A stretch of 64,000 nt of DNA from Utricularia gibba (Eukaryota; Plantae; Magnoliophyta), in the NCBI GenBank assembly GCA_002189035.1, contig NEEC01000004.1, positions 4,464,001 through 4,528,000 of the forward strand, in the 5' to 3' direction. Below, piece by piece: positions 23,609-37,971 of the stretch (position 1 is its first letter; each line of letters starts with the position of its first letter). Both the position numbers and the translations under genes were made by a program. Below the pieces are notes generated by a model that had not been told where the DNA came from, ran no database searches, and worked only from the letters and a program-made list of their open reading frames with translations.

Positions 23609-26600
23609 ATGGCTGAAGTTCCATCTGAGGAAGTGGTTACTGGAAGTTCCACTGAAGGGGATATCAGTGATCAGCAACAGCAATTCCCATCTAGCGAGTC
23701 ATTGGCAGAATGGAGATCTTCAGAGCAACTTGAGAATGGCACTCCATCAACTTCGCCCCCTTATTGGGATAGTGATGATGATGATGATGGAGGTCAGCCG
23801 TTTTATGTTTGTAATGTGACAGTCATACGTTCAAGAGTGCTTAGAGCACCACTGTATTGCTTTCAAATTATTGATCCGATTGTAATTTTATAAAAATTTT
23901 GAATGTTGCACACAGGGCCCAAACCTGCTGAGCTATATGGAAAGTATACTTGGAAAATCGATAAATTCTCCCAAATTAACAAAAGAGAGCTTCGGAGTAA
24001 TCCTTTTGAGATTGGCGGTTACAAGTGGTATGTTTGGCAAATGAACTTGTACCATCAGCGTTACGTTAACTTCATTCCATTTGGAAAGTTTTTCAATTTG
24101 ATTGGCGATGCTTTTTTCTGTGATGTTATGATCTTTATATATGCATTTTAATCAGATTATAGAAATTCCCCGATTTTGAACTCAGTATTATAACTAATTT
24201 AATTGCATGCAGTGTAGTATCCCATGTTTTTTTGTAACCTGGAAGGAATAACTCCCTGTATTGCTAGGGCCATTTGAAACTGTATGGGGCTTTACTGTTT
24301 CCTCATTAATGTGTAATGTGCTTTATGCATCTGCCATCATATTTGGTTCTTTTATCCGCTTGTCCCATTCTTCGGATTTCTTTGATTTGTTTATGTTTAA
24401 CATGCCTGAAGTCAATTTTTTATGTTTGCATTTTCTTGTTAACCACTGATTAAGATTAAGCTCCTAATTCCAGGTATATTTTGATTTACCCACAAGGCTG
24501 TGATGTTTGTAATCATCTGTCTTTGTTTCTTTGTGTTGCTAATCATGACAAGCTTCTTCCAGGTACGATGATCGTAATAGTATAATAGTTCCTCCTGTTT
24601 TGGGAAAGGGTCTTTTTTAAAAAAACAAAGTAAATGATATCAACATACCACGCTCTTTTTTTTCAGGATGGAGTCATTTTGCACAATTCACTATAGCTGT
24701 GGTGAACAAAGATCCAAAAAAGTCGAAGTATTCTGGTCGGTGATGGAATAGTGCTTCTGGTTTGTAATTTTAGATTTACGCCTAATCTATTTGATGGAAC
24801 TTCTAGTGTTTTGAAAAACATGCAGATACATTGCATCGCTTTTGGAAAAAAGAGCATGATTGGGGATGGAAGAAATTTATGGAGCTCTCAAAAGTCTTTG
24901 ATGGATTTATTGATTCGGATACTTTGATTATCAAAGCTCAAGTTCAAGTCATCAGGTATGTCTTTCAATGCTTCTTTAATTGTTTAACATTTTACTGAGA
25001 GAATAAAGCCACGCTGAATTTATGTTTCATGAGAGTGTTTTTTAGTTGGCCTTTTTTGATGTCGTGGATGCGCCAATCAGTTCCCTCGGTATCAAACTCT
25101 CATACTTCAAGATTTATCTGTTCATTGTAGGGAAAGAGCTGATCGACCATTCCGATGCCTTGACTGTCATTATAGGAGGGAGTTAATACGAGTATATTTA
25201 ACAAATGTTGAACAAGTTTGCAGGAGATTTGTGGAAGATAGGCAAAACAAACTAGGGAAGCTATTAGAAGATAAAGTTAGATGGTCCAGGTATTAAACAA
25301 TGCTTGGTGTAAGAGTTTTCAGCACCGTGTATGTGATCTTCGTTTGGCACTCCGGTTCAAGTTATTAACTGATAAACAATGTTCCCTCAAGTTACTACTT
25401 TATCCATTATGTGCTTCATCCATCTATTTTCAGCTTCTGTGCATTCTGGCGGAGCATTGACCCTCGTTCCAGATGTCAAATGTCCCAAGAGAAAACGGAG
25501 ACCATACTGAAAGTGGTTGTAAAACAGTTTTTTATAGAAAAAGAAGTCACATCTACCCTTGTCATGGATTCATTGTACAGTGGTTTAAAGGCCCTTGAAG
25601 GTCCATCTAAAGACACAAAGAACAAGAGCAAATATTTGGAATCTGAAGAATCATTCACACCTATTATTAGAGTGGAGAAAAATATGTTCATGCTTGATGA
25701 TGATGTGCTGCAACTTCTTGAGAGAGCTGCAACTGAACTATTACCACCAAAAGACGAGACAGGCCCACAAAACCGTTCAAAAGTAAGTTATGATTCATGA
25801 AACTGTTGCTTTCATTGTGTGCAACTTCCGTCTTCTTAAAGAGCATGGCATTTTTCACATCTGGAAGTTTCATCTTCTGTAAACTTAAGCTCGTATTCGT
25901 TGATCTGATCTTAGGATGGAGCAGTGGGGGGAGAGTTCAACAAGGATTGTGTTGAACGGGATGAGAGGAGGCTTACTAAATTGGGCCGCTGGACGATTGA
26001 AATATTCATCTTAGCACATATGTTCAGGTAAACGAGTGCTGTCTTTTTCATGTTATTCATCCATGTTGCTCTGATGCTAGTAGTTCTTATCCTGAAATCT
26101 TTCTCAATTCTAGTGAGCTTTGGCGTTTTGTTTCTTAGGGTATCACCCAGTTGAAAAAATCGTTATTGAAAATGTATTCCATCACTATTTCTACTTTTTT
26201 TTTTCTCTTCTTTGGATTTTTTGCTTGCTTTAATTTAAAAAAGTATTTTTGTTGCTTTAAATTGAGTGATGTATGTTCAAAATTCTTATCTTTTCTGATA
26301 TCCCCTATTGAAGCAAAATTGAAGTTGCATACCAGGAGGCTATTGCTCTAAAGAAGCAAGAAGAGCTAATACGCGAAGAGGAGGCAGCTTGGCTCGCTGG
26401 AACTGAGCACAGATCAAGGCGTGGTAGGGCAGATAAAGAAAAGAAGTCTAAAAAGAAGCAGGTTTGCAAGTCCTTGTGCTTTCGATTTTCTGTGATATTG
26501 AATGGATCATTGTGGCTTTTAGGTATATTGATGGGCCTTATCTGTTTTCACTTTCTATATATGCATTTACTAGCTCTAGTTTTAACATCAACAGACTAGA

Positions 26601-29278
26601 GCTTGTGCTTTCCAAAATCGAGCTGGTTTTACTATATACGCAAAATTTTCTTGTTTATATGGTCTTTAATTCTTTTTACATCTGACTACTCTGTTCATGC
26701 AATCATTTTCTGTAAGATTTGACTTTCGGCTATTTCTATGTATTCATCACTGTGCTACTTCTGACGTTACTAGTTAGTTCAGAAAGATTGGATGATTTTG
26801 ATGTATAGAGTGAGTTAGAATGAGGGTCTTTTCTGCTTTAAAGGGAAGTCCTACACACTCTTCTCCTGGTTCTGCTAACGCTTTTGCTACAGACATTGGA
26901 GAAGGGAGATTATCGATGCTAGGGGATGCTATTTTTATTTTAGAATATATTTTCTCCTGTTGGAATAATTGGCCATATCTTCCGAGTTGCCATTTCAGGG
27001 GAAACAGAAACGAAATAGTCACAAAGGGAAAGACAAGGCTAGAGATGAAAAGACTAGCCATATTGTACAAGTAGAGATGGAACAAGATAGTTTTGGTGCT
27101 AAGAGTGATGATATTGCAAACTCTAATGAAGCCATGGAACTTGAAAAGTATGTTGCCCCTGCAGATGTTTCTGATGTGTCTGATTCTGTTGACTGTGCCC
27201 CTGAAAGGAATCCTCCAGATTCGGAAGACCGGGATGTGAGTCCACGCAATTGGGATACTGATGTTTCTGAAGCACACCGTCCAATAGAATCATGCACCAG
27301 TGGGGTTACTAGGCCTTCGTCCATGCAAAATGGAACTGAAGGAAATGGTACTATTGTTGACGATAACTCATCTAGTTCTTCTGAGTTAAGTCCGTCCATG
27401 CCTCAAAAAAGTAAATCACGACACAACAAAAGCAAAAAGCCTTCAAGGAGGAGGTAATATCTTGCCTAGAATATTTCTTTCATTACTCTAGGCAGAATAT
27501 AATCGCTAGTACTTAAAACTTTCAGGGGAAGAAGCCATCTTGTTGAGCATATTGCTGATTCACCGGACTTGATTGTTGAAGAAAACAACCATCCATCTGA
27601 AGTTGGGCGCAATGCAGGCCAGGCTAAGCATGTAGGAGAAACTTCAAAGAGTGATGACATTTCTCCCACGGCATTTTCTCATCCTTTTCAAGACATGGCA
27701 GTAAATGGTTCTGAGCACCCTGCTGTGAAGGTTCCTCCCCTTGCGAGATTTAGTTTGCTTGATTTTCGCTTGCACATTCCAACACACTTTGGTGATGTCA
27801 GTTTTTCTTTAAAAATTTACTTGGTGTATTGCTAATATAACGGTATTTGCACTTCCACTTTTTATTTTATTTATGATACCATGAACGAACAAATAATCTT
27901 TCTGTGTTTTCTGTAGGAGGAAGAGGCTAGTTTTGTGCCGAGAAATGTATCTATAAAAGATGCAAATGCAGAAGCATCTTTGATCACATCAGCATGCCTT
28001 GCACGCACATCCAAAGAAGTTCCATCTGCTTCTCAGAAGTTGGTTAAGGTTGATGTTTCAAGTAATCCAGTTTTCAGAAAGAAATCCTCTTCTTATAGCC
28101 TGAAAAAATCTAATATATCCAAGAGTTCAGCGAAGTCATTTGAGAATATTATTCAGAAGGGCAATACTCCGACAGTGGATGAAAAGACACCCAAAGATGC
28201 AGTGCACTCGCGAAGTGAGATGGTACTAAAAGATTCAGTCTCAGTGACAGTGGATAAGCTTGTGGTGCCACCAGTGCCTACGGTGTCCAGATCCTGTAGT
28301 GTGCCTATAGTTCCTAGTTCCAAGGTTAATGTTTCTAGCCTTCCGTTGGTTCCTACATCTTCTACATTAGCAAGATCAGCAAGTGCTGCTGGTAGGTTGG
28401 GTCCCGAATCCACCTCAACTGCAACTCAGAGTTATGTTCCACTGTCTTACAGAAATGCAATGATGGGTGGCCCCGTAACCGGAACTTCAGGTTCATATTC
28501 TCTTAGTCAGTCTTCAAGCTTGGCTGTGAATTCTTCAGTACCATATCCACAAGCGCCACCACAAGTATCCACTTCATTGTTTGCACAATATGGCTCTGAA
28601 AGTATGGACATGAATCAGTTGAAAACAGCTTTGCCAATTGGAATGCTGAATCGTGATCCCTTGCAGCATGGTAGATCTCTCCGGATAGACTCATGTCACA
28701 GGGATGGTATCAGAAACGCACCTGGTGAAGTTGCCACGCAGCTTAAACCACAGGATAATGGCCCATCAGCAACTGCACCCCGAATGCCACACCGGAGTAC
28801 ACATGTATCACCAGAGGAGTTCCCACATCTTGACATAATCAATGATTTGCTTGATGATGAAAATGTTGACACTTCCATAGCTGAATCTGCCTACCAGAGT
28901 TTCAGAAATGCACACAACAGGCCACATTTTGCAAGCAACACTTATGGCTTCCCTGATGATGCTGCACTGCCATCTAGCACCAGACCACTGACTGGTTTAT
29001 GTCGATTGGAAAGGGCTCCTAGCCCTGGTGATGAAAGGTTTCTATACACTTATTCCATGGGACCCTCCTCTGAAGCACTACAAGACATGAATCCCCATTC
29101 TGGCCTGCATTCCTATGGTTTGATCCCCAACCAGTGGCAAGTAGCTGGCCATCCTGAGAGGCCATTCCTGAATGGAAGAAGCTTGGACGACTCCTATGCA
29201 TATCGCCTTCTGGATTTCCAAAACATGAGTATTGGCAGCACTGGTTTCCCATTATACAGACCCTCAAATGGTCTCTGA
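23609..29278 (+). CDS. TRAF1: MATH/TRAF-domain protein (TRAF1a/TRAF1b, MUSE13/14-like)
   Basis: About 12 exons, from 23609-23792 to 27917-29278; EWRSSEQLENGTPSTSPPYWD, YTWKIDKFSQINKRELRS, HDWGWKKFMEL, KIEVAYQEAIAL and EEFPHLDIINDLLDDE motifs. Confidence 0.92.
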
Positions 29279-30076
29279 AGATTGCACAGCCAAACCATCT
29301 GAGATGGAGACTCAACTCATGGATGTAACAAGGTCTGTTGAGCGAGTCTTTTATGGTTAGAAAATCATTTTGTTCCCAAATGTTCCCAGTTTTCTCTCCA
29401 TTCGTTTCTTGGTTTCCATAAAATGTTGGTTCTGAGGCCTCCAGTGTTCGAAAGTATCTGTTTGGCTTCTATCTTTTGCCCTTTACTCACATAGTTGAAT
29501 TTTAATTTAGTATTTGGTTCACGAGATTACTAGGGTTTAAAGTAAAGATTATAAATTATAGTGTATTTATTTTATGAAGATTTTTTTAATTCTATATATA
29601 TGAATTCCTTTATTTATTACTTTATCTAATATCAATGTTAATCTCATTAATTAAAAATAATTTTTTATATTAATTTATTTTAAACTTAAGTAAATAAATT
29701 TCTATTATATTTTATTCTCATCAATCAAGCACTAATTAAATAAGATAACATACTTTGCGTCCCCTGATAAGCTGCAGCTGAATGAGACCAAATCATTCAT
29801 TTTTTTTAACAATATGAAGGTCATTGATGTCTTCTTAAATTCCATGAAATCTGATAATCTTTTTTTCATTTTTAATATATTAAAAAAATTAATTGCGAAA
29901 TTAATCAATTTTTTCACATATATATCATATGATGGACAAATTTGTAAATCACGCCTTATCATCATTCATGGTGACAAGTCTTGTGGTATGGTGTTTGCTC
30001 CTAAAAAGCTTATTCATTCTGTACACTAGGAAGTTAAATTTTTAAATATAAATAAATAAAGAACAAAATTCCTTAA

Positions 30077-30164
30077 TGGGCCTTGATGGAGCCAGAACCA
30101 GGTCCAGGCCCGATCTATTGGAAACCGGGCTGCGGGCAAAAATAGATTTGATTTATATTGGGCC
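30077..30164 (+). promoter_or_regulatory. Site II (TGGGCY) elements upstream of the PPR-like gene
   Basis: TGGGCC at 30077 and 30159. Confidence 0.4.
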
Positions 30165-30829
30165 ATCTGGTCGACCCGTGTGCCGTACTACTCGTGCAGA
30201 CTTCGTTCTACTCAACGACGTTCAGCGGTAAAATTGAATTGCGTTGTAGGTGCCGATACGGGAGCTTGAAAAGAGTGTGGAAACCGGGATTTTTTGCTGA
30301 CCGGTGACGATCTAGGTGCTTTGGTAATCGAGGGCAGCTGTTGCTAATTTGATTTGGCGGCAAGTTTTTTAGGTGATGTATTGTTATAATTTTAGATGGT
30401 GTTGTTCATGCTCATGTGGGTTGTTATGGTATGAAAGAATGTTCTTTTATGGATTGTATGAGCTGGGGAATGAGAATTTAGGATTGAGTTGGAATGCTGA
30501 TGATATTGTGGGGGGGTCGTTTGTATAATACAATATGTTCGAAGAAATGCTGGAAAAGTATCCACTCTTCAGCGGAGTGAGTTGCAGTGGCTAGAAGTAT
30601 TCGATAAAGAAATACAACCCTTCGGTGAATTTAGACATGGTACATGAATAAAAGGATGTTTTGGGATAGATAAATGGTTGGCTACTGCTGCATTCTGGTT
30701 GTTTTCATTTGTCAGCCATCGTGATGATGCTTCATTTCATTCTTTAATGCGTCACTGCTGTTGAAGCGTATGATAATTCCTGTACTGATGTTAGCTTGAT
30801 TTTGGTTTTCAGTTACTCATCCAACACCA

Positions 30830-31654
30830 ATGTCAAGGTCAACTTCAGTGAGAAGGTTGGCTTTTTTAGTTAACCATCTCAACCTACAAAGAGCTCGACC
30901 ATGTTGTCTCTACACCTCCATGGTGCATTCTCACAAGGAAAGTACGGGAGTTTCCATTGAATTAGCTGAAAAGAAGCCAATAGAGAACTCCATATCCGAC
31001 TTTAAGTTCAAAAGTGGTGAAACAGCCTACATCCCCGAAGCAGGAGAAAATGTGTCGAGGAGGGAGAAGATCAGTATTCTTGTTAGGACACTTAAGGAGC
31101 TCGAAGATAACAAGCAGGCAATCTACGGAACCCTTGATGCTTGGGTTGCGTGGGATCGTGACTTCCCCATTGGGCGTCTAAAAAACGTACTGCTTGCTCT
31201 TGAGAAGGAGCAGCAATGGCATAAGATGATCCAAGTTATCAAATGGATGTTGAGCAAGGGACAAGGAACAACAAGGGGAACATATGGTCAATTGATTCAG
31301 GCTCTAGATAAGGATGACAGGTTCGATGAAGCACATGAGATTTGGAAAAAGAAACTTGGTTTCGATTTGCACTCGTTACCGTGGAAGCTGTGCAAACAGA
31401 TGATCTCAATCTATTATCGAAACACTAAGTATGAGGATCTCGTGAAGTTGTTCAAGGGTCTTGAGTCTTTTGATCGTAAGCCGCCAGAGAAATCCATTGT
31501 CAACAAAGTAGCAACTGCATTCGAGCTACTTGGGATGCTTGAAGAGAAAGACCGGATTTTGGAGAAATACAAAGATTTATTCTCCCAAACGAAGAAACAG
31601 AAGTTCTGTCGTCCTCCAAAACGGAGTCAATGCTCAGATGATCATTCTGGATAA
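30830..31654 (+). CDS. Short PPR-like protein (At1g04590/At4g18975/At4g21190 family); true 5' end uncertain
   Basis: YGTLDAWVAW, FPIGRLK, ALEKEQQWHKMIQVIKWMLSKGQG.T.GTY and LPWKLC..MISIYYR motifs in one uninterrupted ORF. Confidence 0.85.
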   Translation: MSRSTSVRRLAFLVNHLNLQRARPCCLYTSMVHSHKESTGVSIELAEKKPIENSISDFKFKSGETAYIPEAGENVSRREKISILVRTLKELEDNKQAIYGTLDAWVAWDRDFPIGRLKNVLLALEKEQQWHKMIQVIKWMLSKGQGTTRGTYGQLIQALDKDDRFDEAHEIWKKKLGFDLHSLPWKLCKQMISIYYRNTKYEDLVKLFKGLESFDRKPPEKSIVNKVATAFELLGMLEEKDRILEKYKDLFSQTKKQKFCRPPKRSQCSDDHSG

Positions 31655-32492
31655 AGGATCAGCCTTTCTTCAATTTACTCCTCACCGTTTCTTAGCAATT
31701 CCTGGGATTGTTGGTGTTTCCAAGTTTGACAATGTGCAGCGATAGGTATGATGTCAACAGAGGTGGGGATGGAGACTCGATCAGAACGACGAGATGTACA
31801 TTTTTGGTGTTGGATTAACATGAAATCGTGTCGCTTTTTTGTGGCAGTCCATAATTTTAATGTACTGTGCAGATAAAGGCGTTAACTTGAACGAAGGTAG
31901 GGGGGGATAAGAAAAGTGGGAAATAGCGTCAGAACACAATATCACTGTCAGTTTTATTGACTTACCGGAAATGCGATTCGATGATGATTCTTGCCAATGA
32001 CGTTGCTGTTCATCACTCCATCTCCCTATATTAGCCTATCGAGTTGCCGTTATCTGACATTCCGTTCACGTCTTGTTCTTAGCGCCTTCCCGTCTGCGCC
32101 ACCCTTCACGGTTAATTCATCAACAACGCCGCAGAGGGGATCTGTCGTGTGAGTCGTCATTTCTTGAAACAGGGTCTTGTTGAAAAGTTTATCTGTGCGG
32201 TGAATGAAGCATTCTTTCGAGTTTGGGTGTTGAAATATGATGAAAGTTATTGTTTTATCTTTCGAACTTCGATGGGTTCATTTGGTGTGGGTTTGTTTTC
32301 ATTATATCTACAGGGAGATGAAGCTTCAGCTCTGTACATGTACTTTCTGAAAATTACTTCTTTGGATGGGTTGTGTTTCTGGTGAATCGAACTTAGTCTT
32401 GCAGATAGTAAAGCCGTTAGATGTTGATTTCTCCACATTTTCGACCATCTTGATATTGCATTTGCAGCAGAAGCATAGTGCCTAGTTTAGCT

Positions 32493-35400
32493 ATGGATAC
32501 TGGTGGAGCCAAAGCTACTGGAGAAGCACCTTTGGATGAGTCTTTTTTGATGTCTAAATTGCTTCAGCAGTTCACAGAGATACCCATTGTTGATAAAGCC
32601 TGGACATGTAAATCAAAAATGGGTAAGGCTGATTAATGTTGATGGTTTTTTATCTGGTTTGCTTTGCTATTTTTGACATTTTTACTGCTTCCGTATTGGA
32701 CTACTGCCAGGGGATAGTTCTCAGGCTATGTTCGTGATCAGTCAGCCTAATCTAATTGCCAACAAGAGGAGGAAATCTATACTAACCAGTCATATATTGA
32801 AAACAAGCAGCGATTCTGTTAGCTCTCACTGGGCACCATTCCCTATTGAGATGACTGGCGTATCAGCAATGGTACCCTCTCCATCAGGTTTGAAGACTCT
32901 GGTAGTCCGAAATAACGAAGGTGACTCTCCAACTCAGATTGAAATATGGAATCAAGCTGGAGTTGAGAGGGAATTTCCTATTCCCCGCTCCATTCATGGA
33001 TCAATATTTACAGACGGATGGTAAATGGCAACTTTTGAATTACTAGACAAACGCGCCAGTATTAAAATAGAGTGTCAAGTGCTTGCTGCATTCTACTTTT
33101 TGTAACTTGTGGTGGCAGGTTTGAAGGAATCGCATGGAACTCTGATGAAACAATCATTGCATACGTTGCTGAGGAGCCTGATCAACCGAAACCCAGATTT
33201 TCAATCTCTGATAATAAGAAAGACGGTGAAAAAGAAAAGGATATTGGTACTTGGAGTTTCCAAGGTGATTGGGAAGAGGACTGGGGCGAGACGTATTCTG
33301 GGAAAAGAAAGCCATCTCTCTTTGTAATTAATGCATGCAGGTTTAGCTAGCCGTAACCTTTACTCATGACAAATGATTATTCAACTGCTCCATGTGCTTG
33401 TTATATCTTTTTTTTTTTCAGTGGGGTGATTTTTCCTGTCGAAGGAATAAGTAGCGACTTGAGCGTCGGGCAAGTTGTCTGGAGTCCATCAGCTGGAGGC
33501 CAACAGCAGCTGGTTTTTGTTGGTTGGCCGTCTGGTGCTAGAAAGTTGGGTATTAAGTACTGCTATAACAGGCCTTGTGCTTTGTATGCAGTGGAAGCTC
33601 CTACATCCAGCAAAACCACGTAAGACAACTCCTTGTTTGCATCACTACCATCCTTTGTGAATAGTGTTGGCACATTGTTGATTAAATTTATTTGTGGCTT
33701 ATTCAGGAGTAGTGCAAAGATACCTGCAACTAATCTCACACCAAGCATATCTAGTGCATTTTTCCCTCGTTTCAGGTCAGTTAAACTGATGTGTCTGTGT
33801 GTACAAATATATATATATATATATACTGAGTTTACAGATTTATTTGTGTATATTTTTTTTATTGTGGTGAACTGACAGATTTATCTATGGTGACTTGGTC
33901 AATGTTTAATTCCTTCTTCGTTGTCATGATGCAGCCCGGATGGGAAGTTTCTCATCTTTGTTTCTGCCCAATGTTCTGTTGATTCCGGGGCTCATTCAGC
34001 TACAGACTCTATTCATAAGCTTGAATGGCCTTCTAATGGAAAATTCGATGGATCCTCAAAAATTATTGATGTGGTATTTCGTCATTCTGTATTCTCATTA
34101 TACTAGATGAAAAGAAAAATGACGGACTGATGAAAAGAAAAATGCTGAAAAGCTCTGATTCCTGTTAAGGTTTATGCATAAAAAAAAATCTTTTTGTTTT
34201 CCTCTATAATCTTCTTAGCATGGCTAGCTTTTCCCTCTGTCATCTCTACTAGGTGCCTGCTGTTATGCGTCCTGAGGAAGACGGCTTTCCAGGTTTGTAC
34301 TCCTCCAAGTTTCTCTCGGACCCATGGCTCTCTGATGGACATACAATTGTCACAACCTCGATCTGGGGCAGTGTTCAAACCATAATTTCAGTGAATATAT
34401 CGAGGTAACTGATAACACCTCATAGTTACAGTAGAAGTTTGTAGCATGACCAGGCTTTTTTTTTTTTTTTTTTGAAGTGGTCGAGTATCAAGAATCAGTC
34501 CACAAAGCTCAATCTCTTCCTGGGATGTCCTTGCTTTAGATGGTGACAATATAATTGCCGGTATGTGAGAACAATTTCAAGAGTTCTCTGGTTTGCTCAT
34601 ACTGAATTCCCATCACTTCCTCTGTTTAAGTTTCAAGTAGTCCGGTCGATATTCCAAAAATCAAGTATGGAAGTCTTGCTGGGAATATATCCTCGGAGTG
34701 TAAATGGAATTGGCTGGATGTTGCAAGCCCTGTTCCTGGATGCTGTGAAACGGTATGTTTTTCAAGGTTATACAAGTATTTGACTACCTGAAGCACATCA
34801 CTGAAATTGAGACTTTCACAGGTTTCGTCAAAACTAGCAGATTTAGAGTCTACCATCTTAAAGATTCCAGTTAGGAATGTCTCTGGCAACCTCACAGAAG
34901 GTTCAAAAATTATCAGCAAGTAGAATTTTTTTTAATATCACCTGAACATTTATGTTGGCTAACAATGAAGTATGAAGAAGGCCTTCATCTGTAGGATGAA
35001 AAAACTCTTCTCTATTTGTTGTTGAGCATGAATTTCTCTCAGGAGCGAGATTACCCTTTGAAGCAATATATGTATCACCAAAGTCCTCGAAGCACGACTC
35101 CTCTGATCCGTTAGTTGTAATTCTGCATGGAGGCCCTCACTCTGTCTCTTTGTCAAGCTTCTCAAAAACCTCTGCTTTCTTGGCCTCACTTGGCTACAGT
35201 CTGCTCATCGTGAACTACAGGTAACCTTGTTCCTCATCATCATCAAGTGCAAAATCAGTTCAGCAAAGTTGTGTTACTTTTAAGAATTTCCTCTGCTAAC
35301 AGGGGCTCCCTTGGATTCGGTGAGGAAGCATTGCAGTCTCTACCAGGGAACATCGGATCTCAGGTTCTCAGACCTCTGATGCATTAAAATTGCTCCTTTT

Positions 35401-36339
35401 TTAACTGATTATGGTTGTCATTTCACATTTCATGACTGGTCTGTCTATCTACTCTCCTATGAATGCCTTCTTCTCCTTCATCCAGGATGTGGAAGATGTG
35501 CTCACCGCCGTAGATTTTGCTATTGAGAAGGGACTTGCGGATCCCTCTAAAATAGCAGTGGTTGGTGGATCACATGGTGGTTTCTTGACTACTCACTTGA
35601 TCGGCCAGGTAAATCTTCGTATCTTCGTTGCAAGTGACTCCTGATGCCTGAAAAATCATCCATACGCATTGCTTAGGCACCGGAGAAGTTCGCCGCCGCA
35701 GCGGCTCGGAATCCAGTGTGCAATCTGGCACTGATGTTGGGCACAACTGATATCCCTGACTGGTGCTTCTTTGAAGCATACGGAGAAGATGGCAAGGCAC
35801 GCTTCACAGAAGCTCCATCAGCAGACCACCTTGCGCTGCTTCACAGCAAGTCACCAATCTCCCATATCTCCAAGGTCGGAAATTCATCCCTTCTCCTCCG
35901 GTATTCCGCCCTGCTCAAAAATGCCCTGGTGTTGTGCAGGTGAAAACACCAACCCTCCTCCTTCTGGGTGCTCAGGACCTTCGTGTGCCGGTCACTAATG
36001 GGTTACAAGTAAGACCACCATGTCCTTCCATCCCTCTTTTTCCCCTGGTGTTCTGATAGCCATGCCAATCCTTTCGTAGTATGCACGAGCGCTGCAGGAG
36101 AAGGGCGTGCAGTCGAAGGTGATCGTCTTCCCGAAAGATGTACATTCCATCGACCGGTAAGACGATGATCATAAACACTACACCCATGTGGTTCGGTTCA
36201 CTCACTCGATCTGAACAAGGTGACTCCCTCCTCTGCTGCTGATTTTGTGTCTGAGAATGAAGTCTCATGTTGCAGGCCGCAATCTGACTTCGAGAGCTTC
36301 CTCAACATCGGACTATGGTTCAAGAAGTACTGCAGCTAG
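32493..36339 (+). CDS. AARE: Acylamino-acid-releasing enzyme (peptidase S9C)
   Basis: About 17 GT-AG exons; ILHGGPHS, NYRGSLGFG, catalytic GGSHGG, LGAQDLRVP and DVH motifs; stop TAG at 36337-36339. Confidence 0.93.
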
Positions 36340-36498
36340 CGAATCAAAGACGCCCGCCCTCCTTCGCATCATCAAACTCCAAGCCATTGTTTCTCAACAT
36401 CCCAACTTGAAAAATAACTTCTTTGGTGATTTAAACACTACTCTTGTACTAGGTCGAATTTTTGGGAGATGACTTATTACAAATTTATTATTTGTGGT

Positions 36499-36880
36499 TA
36501 GAGGTGGACATGGGGTCGATCACGTAGCTGGTTACAAGTCTTCTTGGTGATTCAATATAAAAAATTAGGATTTGATTGATATAGATCAATATAGTAGATT
36601 TATTCAAGATATAAGTTAATTCAAATCATTATATAATTTATATATAGATGAATTGGATTTAATTTATAAGTATTGAATTCAATTGATTATCCTTTTCAAT
36701 CCATTTGATAAAAAAACATTTTTTTTCTTTTTTGAATTATTTTTTAGATCCAATTTATTTAACTTATAGATTTCACCCTTACTCGTACACGATAGATACA
36801 TTTCGTACCCACTCTTTATGATTATGCGTAACAGATCATTGACAAATATTCGAGTTGATCTGTATTTATGCTCACCTCTA
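36499..36880. mobile_element. Non-autonomous hAT-like MITE (~380 bp)
   Basis: Terminal inverted repeats TAGAGGTGGACAT (left) and TAGAGGTGAGCAT (right, reverse complement); AT-rich interior; flanks tttgtggt / tttgaagt resemble a decayed 8-bp TSD. Confidence 0.55.
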
Positions 36881-37971
36881 ATTTGAAGTTGGTTTTGAAA
36901 AATATAAATTATCAATATAATCCCAAGCTTTTTTTCCCCTTTTTTGGATTAATTCTAAAATTCGATAGTTAATCGATGAATGGAATTAATTAATCCATAT
37001 TTTAGACTCAATTTTGAGAAAATTCTAACCATAAAAGGAAAAATAAAAGGGACATTCTAACACATTTATTTTTATCCATTCTGCTTTAAAAATAGGAACA
37101 ATTTATAATGTTAATCATTTTTCATTTATCTCTGGTATATTAATCTTAAAGATGATGAATTTTTTTCTTACATTTCTGCTCACAAATTCACCATCATTAT
37201 TGTTAGGAATTCCAAGGGCACAAAGAAAGTCAGGGCATCACGAACTCAACTACGATGCTACGTGGATATCGTGGTGTCAAAAAGTAAACATAAAAGTCGT
37301 GGTCAGATTTCATAATTTAAGAATAATTAACTGGCCATCAACCGCCTAATTAAGCTTAATTAATGACGCTTCAATTTTTATTATTTAAAAACCCTAAATT
37401 CGGATTCTAAATACCTTAACATAGCAGTAGGCCTTTGGCACCTGAATATTTTCAACAATTATATTTTTTTTATTCTATTTCTCTACTATTGTAAATGAAT
37501 TGAGTTTATTAAGTTTTTTTTTAAAAAAGTCATCTTGTTATAAATGTTAATATATTTGATATTTTGATAATAATTATTATTATAGTATTTGTATCAGATT
37601 TAAATAGGATAAAATCATTTATCATTTATCATCTGCTATTTACTTGATTTAAGTTTAAATATGAATATAGCTAAATTTGATTTGGTGGGAATCAAATGTT
37701 TTAATTTTTAAAATAAGCTATTCAAATAAAGTAATTAATGATATCATTAATTATTTTTGTAAGAAAACCAAGTAGAAGCCTGACTGGAGCTACATTCCCC
37801 CACTCTGGAGGATGACACTCTGTCCCTCTCCTCTGTGTACACACGCTGAGGCGCGACGCTTCTTGTTTAAATACAGACAGAGATGGCTTTCCGGTAACTC
37901 CCACGCCTAATCTGCAGTGTTTCTTCTTCTTCTTCTTCTTGTTCTCTCTCTGGTGAGCTGCTTGCCGGAAT

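Noticed and set aside
29732-30029. Low-complexity ORFs in AT-rich spacers (also 7967-8149, 36679-36915, 38813-39025)
   Set aside because: Composition artefacts rich in I/K/F/N codons, often with non-ATG starts.
34106-34144. 16-bp direct repeat in an AARE intron
   Set aside because: Ordinary local slippage duplication.
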